This document shows, piece after piece, positions 36,865-45,996 of a DNA stretch of 64,000 bases. Each line of letters opens with the position of its first letter. Within the stretch, counting starts at the first letter, position 1. Where the stretch lies: NCBI GenBank assembly GCA_021787535.1, contig JAJYLR010000001.1, positions 383,687-447,686 of the forward strand, in the 5' to 3' direction. Both the position numbers and the translations under genes were made by a program. A model generated the notes under the pieces. The model saw only the letters and a list, made by a program, of their open reading frames with translations. It ran no database searches and was not told where the DNA came from. The DNA is from a bacterium (GTDB taxonomy: Bacteria; Patescibacteriota; CPR2; UBA1875; JAJYID01).

Positions 36865-38391
36865 ATGGAAAATCAAAAATCAAAATTAAAACATATATTT
36901 AGCGTCCCAACCGATAAGCTCTGGGTTTATCCGATGCTTTTTGGTGTCGTCGCCGCACTTTACAAAATTACAGCCTCAAGCATCTGGCACGATGAAGGCT
37001 ATACTTTGTGGCTGATCCGTTATAACCCCATTCAAATTATAGAGAGAACGGCTCGCGACGTACATCCGCCGCTTTATTACCTCTTAGCTAAAGGATGGAC
37101 GCTTTTATTCGGACGCTCTGAACTCGGGATTCGTTCATTGTCTGCAGTTTTTTTTATCGGTATTATTTATTTTGCATATAAAATTGTAGAAAGACTCTTT
37201 GATCGCAAAGCCGCTTTCTGGGCATCAATGTTTGTGGCATTATCGCCTTTTATGGTGCGCTTTGCTCAAGAATCCAGAATGTATGGTATGGTTGCTTTTC
37301 TGACGACACTCGGCACTTATTTTTTGGTTCGATATTTTAAAGACAAAGATCAAAAATCTCTTATATATTATGCCTTGGCCATGGCGGCAGCCGTCTACAC
37401 CCAGTATTACGCATTTTTTATAGTGGTGGTTCATTGGATTATAGTCGCCGTCATCACCCCAGGATTTTTCCGCTTCAAATGGTCTGATTCTATTAAAAAA
37501 CACTTGGGAATCTTTAATTTCAAATGGCTGGCAGCCGGACTCGCACCTATAATACTTTTTCTTCCCTGGGCTCCGGTTGCTTACAAACAAGTCACAAGAG
37601 TGAGCACGAGCTATTGGATTCGTCCCGAGTGGATTACCATTAAAACTATCCCAAACAGTATCACGGAATTTTTGATTTACATGCACTTGGACGGCCCGGC
37701 ATCCAGCCAGCTTCTGCTTGGCGTATTGTATTGGCTTTTGATTTTAGTTTTAGTCGGTGCCGGTTTTGTTCTATTAGCCAAGAAAAATTACAGGAGAAAA
37801 GTTGGAGCATTCTTGCTTTACGGTTATTTGCCAATGGTTTTGGTTTTCATCCTTTCGAAGATCAGGACACCGGTTTACCAGGACAGATACTTCCCATTCT
37901 CTGCTGTAGCTATTTTAGCGCTTTGGGGTATTGGGATTGCGGCAGTGAAAAATAAAACTATTAGAATAGCAGTAGGAGCAATAGCCATTATTGTTTTAAT
38001 TGGCGGCAATTTTGAAATGCATGCTGCTACCAACCACCAAATGAAAGCCCTGTCAGAAGCGGTAAAGAAACAAATGAAACCCGGTGATATTGTGCTTTCA
38101 GGCGAGCTCTATACATTTCTGGACGGATCATATTATTTCGGAGATAAAAATATCAGATTAATCTCAAATCCTGTCGACGGCTATGGTGAAAGTTCGCTTT
38201 TTTATGACCAGCAGGGCAGCTATGTGGTATCGCAGAACGAAGAATTGGCTCTTAGCGCTAGTCATAGAATCTTTATCATTGGCAAGACCGGTGATAAGCC
38301 GTATTTTTCAAATTGTTTGGTAAACAAAAAAAGCAAAGTTATTTATGAAGAAAACAACGATGATGGTCTCAAGGCAGTACTGTATGAATGA
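36865..38391 (+). CDS. Membrane glycosyltransferase, GT39 (PMT/ArnT-like)
   Basis: 'SSIWHDEGYTLW' DE motif and multi-TM topology. Confidence 0.7.
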   Translation: MENQKSKLKHIFSVPTDKLWVYPMLFGVVAALYKITASSIWHDEGYTLWLIRYNPIQIIERTARDVHPPLYYLLAKGWTLLFGRSELGIRSLSAVFFIGIIYFAYKIVERLFDRKAAFWASMFVALSPFMVRFAQESRMYGMVAFLTTLGTYFLVRYFKDKDQKSLIYYALAMAAAVYTQYYAFFIVVVHWIIVAVITPGFFRFKWSDSIKKHLGIFNFKWLAAGLAPIILFLPWAPVAYKQVTRVSTSYWIRPEWITIKTIPNSITEFLIYMHLDGPASSQLLLGVLYWLLILVLVGAGFVLLAKKNYRRKVGAFLLYGYLPMVLVFILSKIRTPVYQDRYFPFSAVAILALWGIGIAAVKNKTIRIAVGAIAIIVLIGGNFEMHAATNHQMKALSEAVKKQMKPGDIVLSGELYTFLDGSYYFGDKNIRLISNPVDGYGESSLFYDQQGSYVVSQNEELALSASHRIFIIGKTGDKPYFSNCLVNKKSKVIYEENNDDGLKAVLYE

Positions 38392-38430
38392 CCAATTACC
38401 AATATCCAATGACCAATCAAATTCCAATTA
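38391..38430. repeat. CCAAT x5 short-motif array ('ccaattaccaatatccaatgaccaatcaaattccaattag')
   Basis: Seen directly after the GT39 gene stop. Confidence 0.35.
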
Positions 38431-38564
38431 GTAATTTAGAAATTCTCCCATTTATTGGAAATTGGGACTTGAAAATTGAAAATTTGGCGTACTAAATTAC
38501 GCTTTATCTTAAGTCAAAAGAATGTTATCCTAAAAAAAGATTTAACTTAAAAAGGAGATTAGAT

Positions 38565-38855
38565 ATGGCTATGTTTGGAAAAGCCAAGGAGCAATATGAG
38601 TTTGTCAAAAAGGCGCGTGAGATACAAAAGAAGCTGCGGGCTGAGATCGTCGAGGGCGCATCGGGCAATGTCACGGTTAAAATGAACGGTGAAATGAAAG
38701 TACAGTCAGTTAGTATTGACGCCGAAACAATCGATGATGTCGGCCAGCTTGAGCGCGATGTACAGTCAGCTGTAGAAAGCGCTACTGAAAAAGCCCAAAA
38801 AATCGCCCAAAATATGATGAAAGATGTTATGGGCGGCGGCGGAATGCCATTTTAA
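38565..38855 (+). CDS. ybaB: YbaB/EbfC nucleoid-associated protein
   Basis: 96 aa with the typical YbaB pattern. Precedes recR. Confidence 0.8.
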   Translation: MAMFGKAKEQYEFVKKAREIQKKLRAEIVEGASGNVTVKMNGEMKVQSVSIDAETIDDVGQLERDVQSAVESATEKAQKIAQNMMKDVMGGGGMPF

Positions 38856-38866
38856 CCATCCCAGCC

Positions 38867-38892
38867 CTGTCCTTCCCGCGAAAGCGGGAATC
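38867..38892. repeat. Family-B palindromic element ('ctgtccttcccgcgaaagcgggaatc')
   Basis: Stem TTCCCGC/GCGGGAA with loop GAAA, 12 nt after the ybaB stop. Confidence 0.65.
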
Positions 38893-38944
38893 CAGACAAT
38901 TAACGATTTAGATTTCCGACCAAGTCGGGAATGGTATATATGAT

Positions 38945-39544
38945 ATGAAAATAATTCCACAAAATGTTCAAAACCTTATAGATGAATTTTCGCGACTCCC
39001 CGGTATCGGGCCGAAAACGGCCGAGCGGCTAACTTTTTATTTGCTTCGAAGTTCTGAAAAAGACTTAAATTCTTTGGGTAATGCGGTTTTAGATTTAAAA
39101 AAAGACTTAAAAACCTGTTCGATCTGTTCAAATATCGCGGAAAACGATCCATGTTATATTTGTGATGATTCACAGCGTGAAAATACCTGTATCTGCGTTG
39201 TCGAAGAGCCGCTTGATGTGGTAGCCATCGAAAAAACAGGTAAATTCCAAGGTCTATATCATGTTCTTGGCGGGGTGATCTCACCGATTGAGGGAGTAGG
39301 CCCTGAAGATCTTTTTATCAAAGAATTAGTCCAGAGAACCAAGTCAGGTGAAATTGAAGAGATTATTTTAGCAACGAACCCAAGTATCGAGGGTGAAGCA
39401 ACTGCTTTATATATTCAAAAGCTACTAGCTCCTCTAAACATTAAGATCACCCGCATAGCCCGAGGGCTTCCCGTCGGAGGAGATCTCGAATATGCTGACG
39501 AGGTAACATTATCTAGAGCGATAGAAGGAAGGTTGGATTATTAA
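38945..39544 (+). CDS. recR: Recombination protein RecR
   Basis: HhH 'LPGIGPKTAERL', a C4 zinc finger, and a Toprim domain. Confidence 0.9.
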   Translation: MKIIPQNVQNLIDEFSRLPGIGPKTAERLTFYLLRSSEKDLNSLGNAVLDLKKDLKTCSICSNIAENDPCYICDDSQRENTCICVVEEPLDVVAIEKTGKFQGLYHVLGGVISPIEGVGPEDLFIKELVQRTKSGEIEEIILATNPSIEGEATALYIQKLLAPLNIKITRIARGLPVGGDLEYADEVTLSRAIEGRLDY

Positions 39545-39545
39545 A

Positions 39546-39992
39546 ATGGAAATTTTATTAAAATACACTTACCTTCTCGAGCCAAAAGAAGTTGAGCAAG
39601 AACTCGAAAATCTTTGGAAAAGATATGAAGAAATTTTAGCAAAACCTACCTGGGAAAATTTGAACGAAGCCCGTGCAATACTATATCTGGTCGGTATAAT
39701 TTATCTCGAGCAAATTGCGCCGGATGCAATAGAAAGAAGACTCCATTTACTTAAAAAACCTATCACTATTTTACAATTTTTCACGATTATCGATTCCAGA
39801 TCAGAAAAACTGAATGAATATAGGAAAGATCGATTGTTTAGAGATCTTGAAAAATTCTACCTGATTCTAAAGAAAAATAAGAACAGATTTGTCGGCGGGA
39901 AGCACTACATGAACGAGGAAAAATTTATTAACCTTTATAATAAATATAATCCAGATCAAGAACTCAAAATCAGAGCAAAAGGTAGATACTAA
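39546..39992 (+). CDS. Hypothetical protein
   Basis: 148-aa ORF with no motif. Confidence 0.45.
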   Translation: MEILLKYTYLLEPKEVEQELENLWKRYEEILAKPTWENLNEARAILYLVGIIYLEQIAPDAIERRLHLLKKPITILQFFTIIDSRSEKLNEYRKDRLFRDLEKFYLILKKNKNRFVGGKHYMNEEKFINLYNKYNPDQELKIRAKGRY

Positions 39993-40040
39993 AACCTTCC
40001 ATTTTAGGCCCGAAGAAGCTAAAATATAAGCGTTTTATTT

Positions 40041-41801
40041 TTGAGGTGGTTTATGAAAGATTTATGGAGAATATTTAAGTTAGCTTCCGCAAAGAAAAAA
40101 CTGACTGTACTGATATTTCTTACAGCAATACTCCAAATGATAGTGGAGGCGCTTTTTCCTATTTCCTTAAAGCTAATTTTTGACCTCCTGCAAAACCAGT
40201 TCCGAACCGGTTCCACGCATATCAACTTTAATATTTTCATTTTACTTATCGGCTTTTATGCATTTCTTGTGATTATACAGATCTTAACACGTCTCTGGGA
40301 CGCTTACTATGAATCAAAATGGTGGATAGAAACTAGAAATATAGTCTCCCTGAAAATTTTTCATCACTTAGAAAATCTATCTATATCGTTTTGGGAAAAA
40401 ACTTCTACCGGAAAAATAGTGGAAAAAATCGCAGGCGGAGTAAATGATATGCAAGGCATTATGGAAGACGTCTTACAGGAAATCTTCCCGCAATTTATAT
40501 ATATCATCTTCGCACTAGTGGTTTTAATGTGGGTCAGCTGGATCTTTGGATTGATAATCCTAGTGGGAGTACCTATTTTCGTCATTACAAGTATTAAGTT
40601 TACCAAACCTCTGAATACTCTTCAAGATGAGGTAAGAGATGAGTTTGAGAAAGCTGGGAAAGTCAGAGTTGAAACGTTCACTAATATTAAAACTGTCAAA
40701 TCCTTTGCAACAGAACTCAGACATGCGCGTGAACTGCAAAAAGCATTGGAGAAATCTAAAAGCAAGGCATTAAAACGAATGAAACTTTATGTGAGAATGA
40801 ATATCATCAGATTTGGTATTATGAACGGATCAAGGATCGCAATGCTTACAGTCGGCGTTTACTGGGTATCTCAGGGGAAAATTACTGTAGGTACTTTAGT
40901 GATGATCTGGAGTTATATCACCGGTATTTACTCGCCGCTTTGGACTCTAAGCAGAATCTACGATCGTATACAGCAAGATTTAAGAAGTATAAGAAGGATT
41001 TTTGAGATATTAGATACCGTACCGGAAATTCAGGACATGAAAGGCGCATATAATTTAGAAAAAATAAAAGGAAGCATCAAACTTGAAGATTTAAAATTTA
41101 GGTATAAAAACCGTAATGTTATAAATGGTATTGACCTTGAAATCCCAGAGGGAAAAGTTATGGCTGTGGTTGGCAAAAGCGGTGTTGGGAAATCCACATT
41201 AGTAAAATTACTTTTAAGGTTCTATGATCCTCAGGAAGGTAAAATCTTAGTTGATGGATATGATATTAAGGACGTTACTCAAAAATCGTTGCGCGAAAAC
41301 ATCGGTGTGGTTTTGCAAGACACAGCGATATTTAACGATACTGCATACAACAATATTGCCTATGCTAATCCTAAAACCAGCAAGAATGAAGTTCTAAAGG
41401 CCGCAAAAACTGCCCATGCACATGATTTTGTCAAGAATCTTCCGGAAGGATATGATACTATTGTTGGTGAAAGAGGAGTAAAGCTGTCTGGCGGCGAACA
41501 GCAGAGAATAAATATTGCCCGTGCAATTCTGAAAAATCCTCCTATTCTGATCCTAGATGAAGCCACATCTCATCTTGATTCAGAAAGCGAAAAACTAATA
41601 CAAGATGCTCTGTGGAAACTGATCAAAGGCAGAACATCTATCATTATTGCCCATCGGCTCTCAACCATCATGAAGGCGGATTTAATAGTAGTACTCGATA
41701 AGGGTAAAATAGCAGAAATAGGCACACATGACGAACTAGTGAGACACGAGGGAATATATAATAAGCTGTTTAAAATCCAGTCGGGAAGTTATTTAAAATA
41801 G
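40041..41801 (+). CDS. ABC transporter permease/ATPase fusion (MsbA-like exporter)
   Basis: N-terminal 6-TM domain plus a nucleotide-binding domain with GKSGVGKST, LSGGEQQR and ILILDEATS. Confidence 0.9.
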   Translation: MRWFMKDLWRIFKLASAKKKLTVLIFLTAILQMIVEALFPISLKLIFDLLQNQFRTGSTHINFNIFILLIGFYAFLVIIQILTRLWDAYYESKWWIETRNIVSLKIFHHLENLSISFWEKTSTGKIVEKIAGGVNDMQGIMEDVLQEIFPQFIYIIFALVVLMWVSWIFGLIILVGVPIFVITSIKFTKPLNTLQDEVRDEFEKAGKVRVETFTNIKTVKSFATELRHARELQKALEKSKSKALKRMKLYVRMNIIRFGIMNGSRIAMLTVGVYWVSQGKITVGTLVMIWSYITGIYSPLWTLSRIYDRIQQDLRSIRRIFEILDTVPEIQDMKGAYNLEKIKGSIKLEDLKFRYKNRNVINGIDLEIPEGKVMAVVGKSGVGKSTLVKLLLRFYDPQEGKILVDGYDIKDVTQKSLRENIGVVLQDTAIFNDTAYNNIAYANPKTSKNEVLKAAKTAHAHDFVKNLPEGYDTIVGERGVKLSGGEQQRINIARAILKNPPILILDEATSHLDSESEKLIQDALWKLIKGRTSIIIAHRLSTIMKADLIVVLDKGKIAEIGTHDELVRHEGIYNKLFKIQSGSYLK

Positions 41802-41823
41802 TCATTCTGGCTTGTCCAGAATC
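41801..41823. repeat. Family-A palindromic element ('gtcattctggcttgtccagaatc')
   Basis: Overlaps the ABC gene stop codon. Stem ATTCTGG/CCAGAAT with loop CTTGT. Confidence 0.7.
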
Positions 41824-41834
41824 AAAGACAAACA

Positions 41835-43190
41835 ATGAGTCTAAAGCTATACAACACATTAACTCGTAAAAAAGAGAAGTTCGAATCGCTTCATGATAAA
41901 GAAGTCGGCATCTATACCTGCGGCCCCACGGTGTATAACTACGCGCATATCGGCAATATGCGAGCTTATATTTTTGCTGACATCTTGGTGCGTTACCTAA
42001 AATATTCGGGCTACACAGTTAAACATGTGATGAATATTACAGATGTCGGACATCTAACCTCGGATAGTGACACAGGCGAAGATAAGGTTGAAAAGGAGGC
42101 AAAACTTGAGCGGAAAACGGCTTGGGAAGTAGCTAAAAAGTATGAAAAAGCATTCTTTGAGGATGAAAAAGCGTTGAACATCAAGAGGCCGGATACCGTT
42201 GTTAAGGCGACAGATCTGATTCAGGACCAAATTGGCTTTATTAAAAAACTGGAAGAAAAAGGATTTACCTACAAACTTGATGACGGCATTTATTTTGATA
42301 CCTCAAAGCTTGATGATTATGGAAAATTAGCCCGACTTGATGTCGAGGGTTTGAGAGCAGGCGAAAGAGTAGTTATAAAAGGAAAGAAACACAAAACCGA
42401 CTTTGCTCTTTGGAAATTCTCGCCAAAAGACAAAAAAAGAGACATGGAGTGGGATTCGCCATGGGGTAAGGGCTTTCCCGGCTGGCATATCGAGTGTTCT
42501 GCTATAGGCCTTAAATATCTGGGCGAACAGTTTGATATTCATACGGGTGGCATAGATCACATTCCCGTACATCACACAAATGAAATCGCACAAGGCGAGG
42601 CACTGACGGGGAAGATACCGGCAAAAATCTGGATGCATAGCGAGTTTTTGCGAATTGGTGACTCAAAAATGGCCAAATCCGAAGGCAATATTGTTCGTGT
42701 AACAGATTTAGGCGTTGAACCTCTTGCATACCGAATGCTGGTTTTGCAATCACATTATCGTGATCCTTTGAATTTTACAGATAAGTCAGTCAGAGCAGCG
42801 AATACAGCGCTTAAAAACCTAAGGAATGATATTTTAGAATTAAAGAAGTTTGATAAGGCGGCTGCTGATATCTATCAGTTTCAAGATGCGATGAATGATG
42901 ATCTAAATACTGCCAAAGCCTTGGCGTCAATATATTCCTTGATAAAAGAAGCAAAGAAGAACAGGCAAAATACAACTCAAGATATACTAGATTTAGATAA
43001 GCGGGTTTTGGGGCTTGATTTAGAGAGAGAAGAAAGCATTCCTGAAAATGTTCAAGAATTAGCCGAAGATAGGGAAAAAGCGAGGAAGGAAAAAAATTGG
43101 GCAGAGTCCGATAGAATACGCGATGAAATTGGAAAACTAGGTTTCATGGTTGAAGATACTGAAGAGGGTTCAAGGATTACAAAAAAGTAA
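41835..43190 (+). CDS. cysS: Cysteinyl-tRNA synthetase
   Basis: HIGN (HIGH motif) and KMAKSEGN (KMSKS motif). Confidence 0.95.
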   Translation: MSLKLYNTLTRKKEKFESLHDKEVGIYTCGPTVYNYAHIGNMRAYIFADILVRYLKYSGYTVKHVMNITDVGHLTSDSDTGEDKVEKEAKLERKTAWEVAKKYEKAFFEDEKALNIKRPDTVVKATDLIQDQIGFIKKLEEKGFTYKLDDGIYFDTSKLDDYGKLARLDVEGLRAGERVVIKGKKHKTDFALWKFSPKDKKRDMEWDSPWGKGFPGWHIECSAIGLKYLGEQFDIHTGGIDHIPVHHTNEIAQGEALTGKIPAKIWMHSEFLRIGDSKMAKSEGNIVRVTDLGVEPLAYRMLVLQSHYRDPLNFTDKSVRAANTALKNLRNDILELKKFDKAAADIYQFQDAMNDDLNTAKALASIYSLIKEAKKNRQNTTQDILDLDKRVLGLDLEREESIPENVQELAEDREKARKEKNWAESDRIRDEIGKLGFMVEDTEEGSRITKK

Positions 43191-44067
43191 CATGACCCAA
43201 AACGACATAGAATCAATAATCCGAACTAAAGATAAGATTCTGGCAGTATATCCTTTTTTAACGAGGAAGGAAAAGGATACTTTTATTAATCTTGCCGAAA
43301 AAGAGATGAGTCAAGCAAAGGAAGCCAAGAAAACAGTAAGGGGACTTCTAGAACTCTTGAATAATCCTCATGCCGAAATTATCGAATATAAGGTTTATGG
43401 CAAAGATTTCAAAAAAAAGTTTATAACAGAGATGTCTCCATCTTTTCGAATTAACGATCGCGTACTTTTTATAAAAATTCCCTCTTGGTCAACTATGCTT
43501 AGCGGGATAGACGAAAAGTTAAAGGATTATTGTTTCAAGAATATTGAAAAATATGATGGTATTATTATTGATGTCAGAGAAAATCAAGGAGGGAGTTCGA
43601 GTATTGCCCATGGTTTTGCGGGGATTTTTTTCAAGAAAAGTGTAATTTATGGAAAATTCACCAGAGTTGGCTCAAAAGGAAATCTCAAAACTAGCGCTGA
43701 TAAACTAAATCCTGACAAAAATATTTATATTGAAAAACCCATTGTGATTTTAATATCTAATAGGTGCTTTAGCTCAAACGAACTCTTTTTAGCGCCATTT
43801 AAGGTGTCAAAGAGGGCGATCTTAATTGGTGAGCCTACGCGGGGAGGCAGTGCAAATCCAGTGATGGAAGTTATTGAACCCCAAAAAGGTGCTAAGTTTG
43901 GAGCTCGTATTCCAACATATAGATTCTTCTTGAAAGGAGAAAAGGAGCCAATCGAAAAGACTAAAATTCATCCGGATATTATCTATAAAAAGAAGGATAT
44001 TGAAGAATTTGCTAAAGGATATCTCAAGAAAGAGATTATAGTTAAAACCGGCACTAAACCATTATGA
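43150..44067 (+). CDS. Peptidase S41-like protein
   Basis: 'IIIDVRENQGGSS' and 'IGEPTRGGS' match the S41 motifs. The true start may be 43192 (MTQND…). Confidence 0.55.
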   Translation: MKILKRVQGLQKSNMTQNDIESIIRTKDKILAVYPFLTRKEKDTFINLAEKEMSQAKEAKKTVRGLLELLNNPHAEIIEYKVYGKDFKKKFITEMSPSFRINDRVLFIKIPSWSTMLSGIDEKLKDYCFKNIEKYDGIIIDVRENQGGSSSIAHGFAGIFFKKSVIYGKFTRVGSKGNLKTSADKLNPDKNIYIEKPIVILISNRCFSSNELFLAPFKVSKRAILIGEPTRGGSANPVMEVIEPQKGAKFGARIPTYRFFLKGEKEPIEKTKIHPDIIYKKKDIEEFAKGYLKKEIIVKTGTKPL

Positions 44068-45029
44068 GTAAGTTTAGTTGGAATAAACTCAATAAACCTT
44101 TTTTTGTAATGGCGCCGATGGATGGGATTACTTCATCTCCTTTTCGGCGGGTGGTGAAAAGGTGCGGCGCAGATGTGGTCTTCTCTGAAATGATTGCGGC
44201 GGAAGCGGTTTATTATAAATCAAAGAAAACGCTTGCCATGATGAACTTTCATGAAGAGGAACGTCCCTATATTGTCCAAATTTTCGGCAAAGATACAGAG
44301 AAGATGGTGGGAGCGGTGCAGTATATCGAAAAGGAAGTTAAACCCGACGGCATAGACATAAACATGGGTTGTCCGGCCAAGAAAGTTGTCTCCGGCGGAC
44401 GCGGATCGGCGCTTTTGCTCGATCCTGAAAAAGCGGTCGAAATAGTCAGAACTGTGCGAAGTGCCACAAAGCTGCCTTTATCAGTTAAAACTCGCATCGG
44501 TTGGGAAAAGTTTAATATCCAGCCGCTTGTCAAAGAGTTCGAGAATGCTGGCATTGATGCGCTGACAATTCATGGCAGGACAAAGACGCAAGGTTTTGCC
44601 GGAGAGCCGGACTTAGATGCACTTAAGGAAATTAAGAAATTAGTCAAAATACCTGTTATCGGAAATGGGGGAATTAACTCGGTGGAAGATGCGCAAAAAA
44701 TGCTCAGCTTCACCGGCTGCGATGGCATAATGGTCGCCCGCGGCGCCCTCGGAAATCCCTGGATATTTAAGTCATTACATTTTCTTCGTCATTCTGGCTC
44801 AGTCCAGAATCTTGACTACAAACCCAACTTTGAAGAAATACGAAATCTAGCCCTTTTGCACCTGCAAATGAATATTGAGGAGTTTGGCCCCAAAAAAGGC
44901 ATTTTTGACATGCGAAAACATTACGGCTGGTATTTCAAGGGCTTTCCCGGTGCTAGCGAACTGCGCAAAAAACTTGTTCTTGCTGAAACAAAGAATGAGA
45001 TAAGATCGATCATAGAAAAAATGGGGTAA
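44064..45029 (+). CDS. tRNA-dihydrouridine synthase
   Basis: 'MAPMDGITSSPFRR', a catalytic 'NMGCP', and a TIM barrel. Contains an in-frame family-A element at 44789-44812. Confidence 0.85.
   Translation: MSKFSWNKLNKPFFVMAPMDGITSSPFRRVVKRCGADVVFSEMIAAEAVYYKSKKTLAMMNFHEEERPYIVQIFGKDTEKMVGAVQYIEKEVKPDGIDINMGCPAKKVVSGGRGSALLLDPEKAVEIVRTVRSATKLPLSVKTRIGWEKFNIQPLVKEFENAGIDALTIHGRTKTQGFAGEPDLDALKEIKKLVKIPVIGNGGINSVEDAQKMLSFTGCDGIMVARGALGNPWIFKSLHFLRHSGSVQNLDYKPNFEEIRNLALLHLQMNIEEFGPKKGIFDMRKHYGWYFKGFPGASELRKKLVLAETKNEIRSIIEKMG
44789..44812. repeat. Family-A-like palindrome inside the dus CDS ('gtcattctggctcagtccagaatc'), encoding RHSGSVQNL
   Basis: 21 of 24 nt match the intergenic family-A elements and the hairpin is preserved. 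Confidence 0.5.
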
Positions 45030-45056
45030 ACCTGCATTACCCCATTTTAGGTTCTT

Positions 45057-45362
45057 TTATACTATGGCGTATTCGAGGGGCGTCACTTGCTCAAGCGCGT
45101 CAAGTTCCGCCTGGACATCTTTCTGGCTTGTTACACCTAAAACTGCATCCGGCGCAAAAACTTTTCTAGTGCCGTTTTTGGCCCGAATCATTACTGAACC
45201 ATCACCGCCTTTTAAGCTTACACTTTTGACAGGAAAAATCATTTTGACAACTCTCGGCGTTTCAACGACCCTCTTATTTGCAGCTCTCATCTTGACCTTC
45301 TGCGGAATGCTGGTACCTCCTCTTAATCTCACCTCAATATGCGCTGCATCGATTTGCGCCAT
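45057..45362 (-). CDS. Hypothetical small protein (102 aa from MAQIDAAH…)
   Basis: AAGGGGGTGA RBS 4 nt upstream of the internal ATG. The overlapping plus-strand ORF is low-complexity. Confidence 0.45.
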   Translation of the reverse strand: MAQIDAAHIEVRLRGGTSIPQKVKMRAANKRVVETPRVVKMIFPVKSVSLKGGDGSVMIRAKNGTRKVFAPDAVLGVTSQKDVQAELDALEQVTPLEYAIV

Positions 45363-45642
45363 AAAATCACCCCTTCTGATATTATGGCTTGATAAAAAGA
45401 ACCTTTTAATAATATTGTAACTGTTAATCAATAATGGTCAAGGTTATATTTGATAAATTTAAGTCAATAAGATCGAAAGCTACCAAAGGAAGTTTGTTTT
45501 AAAATCTGCATCCGCATACCGCAAATTATAAAATCCGCTTATACTCAATCTTGAGCAACGGGGTTAAAAATGGTAAAATATTACGGTCGATCAGAGATCG
45601 TCTAACGGTAGGACGACAGGCGGCGCCTGTCCCGCATAATGC

Positions 45643-45716
45643 TCCCGGGTCGGCTAATGGTAGGCCGCAAGGTTCTGGCCCTTGTAATCTTGGTTCGAGT
45701 CCAAGCCCGGGAGCCA
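45643..45716 (+). tRNA. tRNA-Gln (anticodon CUG), CCA encoded
   Basis: Cloverleaf folded by hand: acceptor tcccggg/cccggga with U1:A72, AC stem caagg/ccttg with loop ttCTGgc, T-arm cttgg-ttcgagt-ccaag, discriminator G, CCA. Confidence 0.75.
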
Positions 45717-45996
45717 CATAGTGCGAGGTGCAAGTCCTGATTTCCGAGCCAAAATATGTAAATCAATCTCTTTGAATTGAGAGCTGAGGTCTATACCTAA
45801 GCTTTATAGATGATATAGAAATTATGGAAAGTAAAGAGAAGAAAATTATACCATATAAAAAAGCCCTAGCCATTTTTATATGGTGGATTGTATTTTTGTT
45901 AATCGGCGGATATTTTTTATATATCAAGATACTTAAACCATACATAGTCGGCAGACCCTATATCATTAAAGTTGAAAAGCCAAGCAAGTAAAGTAA

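Noticed and set aside
45064-45420. 118-aa plus-strand ORF overlapping the 45057-45362 minus ORF
   Set aside because: Ser/Thr/Leu-rich low complexity with no RBS. The minus-strand frame has a strong AAGGGGGTGA RBS and protein-like composition.
45560-45642. Second tRNA immediately upstream of tRNA-Gln
   Set aside because: There are D-arm-like (cgtc-taacggtag-gacg) and anticodon-stem-like (acagg…cctgt) hairpins. But the loop is only 5 nt, there is no T-arm and no acceptor pairing. It may be a tRNA remnant and is not called.
45526-45717. 63-aa minus-strand ORF (MAPGLGLEPR…)
   Set aside because: It is the reverse complement of tRNA-Gln. LGLEPR is the T-arm read backwards. It is an artefact.
45823-45858. 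Small membrane-protein ORF after tRNA-Gln (MESKEK…)
   Set aside because: On careful reading the frame hits TAA after 11 codons. An initial longer reading was a transcription slip.
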